Shown here in pieces: positions 5,644 through 6,464 of a stretch of 6,464 bases of DNA; position 1 is the stretch's first letter; the number at the start of each line of letters is the position of its first letter. The position numbers and the translations under genes were made by a program. The notes beneath the pieces are model-generated. The model searched no databases, was not told where the DNA came from, and saw only the letters and a list, made by a program, of their open reading frames with translations. Origin of the DNA: Escherichia coli (GTDB lineage Bacteria > Pseudomonadota > Gammaproteobacteria > Enterobacterales > Enterobacteriaceae); assembly GCF_003334255.1 (NCBI RefSeq), contig NZ_QOWU01000101.1; one strand, 5' to 3'.

Positions 5644-5872
5644 CCCGGCGATAACGATTGATATGGCCCTGAACACCGGCCTGGCACTTCTTGGTTATTT
5701 CTACATCATGTTCTGCAGCGGACGATGGCTGTCACTGTTGTTCATGAAAAAATGGAATAAACGCCGTAAGCAGGAGCAACGCCAGAAGGCAATGGATGCA
5801 TTTTCGAAGCCTTCGGAATTGACGGCATGGAACCAGGGGATCCAGCTCGCGCAATCAGCAGAGGGGGTGTAG
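5633..5872 (+). CDS. Small predicted membrane protein (one TM helix followed by a basic stretch), 69-79 aa
   Basis: Hydrophobic segment ALNTGLALLGYFYIMF followed by KKWNKRRKQEQRQK. GTG 5633 overlaps the DUF4406 stop by 11 bp; ATG 5663 is an alternative start. Confidence 0.45.
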   Translation: MNIDPAITIDMALNTGLALLGYFYIMFCSGRWLSLLFMKKWNKRRKQEQRQKAMDAFSKPSELTAWNQGIQLAQSAEGV

Positions 5873-5902
5873 TAATCCTTGTATATCGGAGTGAAGAGAA
5901 AA

Positions 5903-6217
5903 ATGACGATCACAAAACAACGAGTAGAAAAAATCATATATCGCCATGAAATGGGACTGAACAGCGATGTCACTGCCGAAGAGGTTTATGACCTGGCTGT
6001 ACTGGCGCTGAATTTATCAAATATCGCAAACCTGAAGCGATACGAGCTTGATATGGATGGTTGCGACTCGTGCGGTCAGGATTGTGGCGCAGATATGACT
6101 GAAGATCCTGATGGTGATTATGTCCTGTTTGATGACGTGGTTAAGTTGTTTGAATTTGATACAACCACTCAAAAGTTAGAAATCCCGGCAAAGGAGGCAG
6201 CCAGTGAGCAAGATTGA
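5903..6217 (+). CDS. Hypothetical acidic protein with a CDSCGQDC cysteine cluster, 104 aa
   Basis: ATG 5903 lies downstream of GGAG at 5888-5891; the track's 5879 start is a TTG. The C-terminal half is strongly acidic (DMDGCDSCGQDCGADMTEDPDGDYVLFDD). The stop overlaps the next gene's start region. Confidence 0.6.
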   Translation: MTITKQRVEKIIYRHEMGLNSDVTAEEVYDLAVLALNLSNIANLKRYELDMDGCDSCGQDCGADMTEDPDGDYVLFDDVVKLFEFDTTTQKLEIPAKEAASEQD

Positions 6218-6464
6218 CTATCAGGCACTGCGTGAAAAGGCAGAGAAAGCAACTAAAGGAAGCTACATCGTAGGGCATACATCTGTTAACCAGCACGGCA
6301 ATTTAACAGGAGTTTTTGTTTGCCAAAAATGGAAAGGAGAACCCGGTGGCGTGATTGCGGAATGTCATATTAACTGCCTGATTGAAACAGATGCTCAGGC
6401 TTATGCAAACGCTGAATTCATAGCAGAGGCTAACCCGGCTACCGTGCTGGCACTGCTGGATGAA
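6204..6464 (+). CDS. Ead/Ea22-like family protein, 5' partial (runs off the window end)
   Basis: SD AAGGAGG at 6191-6197 with GTG at 6204. The frame is open to the window end, and the translation ends ...ANAEFIAEANPATVLALLDE, the motif I associate with Ead/Ea22-like proteins. Confidence 0.7.
   Translation, partial: MSKIDYQALREKAEKATKGSYIVGHTSVNQHGNLTGVFVCQKWKGEPGGVIAECHINCLIETDAQAYANAEFIAEANPATVLALLDE

Noticed and set aside
4630-5973. Minus-strand ORFs 4630..4848, 4754..5011, 5390..5587, 5449..5676 and 5701..5973
   Set aside because: Antisense to the chain of coupled plus-strand genes, which has no intergenic room for them; none has an SD.

Overview
This window reads as the immunity and early-replication region of a lambdoid enterobacterial prophage, mosaic between a Qin-like early-left operon and a Rac/lambda-like early-right operon. 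All calls rest on reading the sequence and on recalled protein families; no database search was run. Left to right: a DicF sRNA on the minus strand at the window edge (54-106); an AT-rich stretch with a strongly SD-led small ORF antisense to the operon (441-524, continuing in another frame to 720); two translationally coupled leftward genes, a 137-aa unknown protein and a 50-aa YdfA-like protein; a 15-bp-arm inverted repeat overlapping a candidate early-left promoter (1431-1467); a CI-type repressor (minus, 1510-1929) whose C-terminus resembles DicA; a divergent promoter/operator region; Cro-like YdaS-family and CII-like YdaT-family genes; an O-like replication initiator carrying two arrays of GTCACG iterons (candidate origin); a lambda P-like helicase loader; then a chain of plus-strand accessory genes linked by overlapping stop/start codons (double winged-helix protein, double-HTH protein, DUF4406 nucleoside 2-deoxyribosyltransferase-like protein, small membrane protein, acidic Cys-cluster protein) and the 5' part of an Ead/Ea22-like gene running off the window. 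The two places most likely to hide undescribed biology are the repressor-proximal early-left operon with its antisense ORF (431-1245) and the coupled accessory cassette downstream of the P-like gene (4314-6217).
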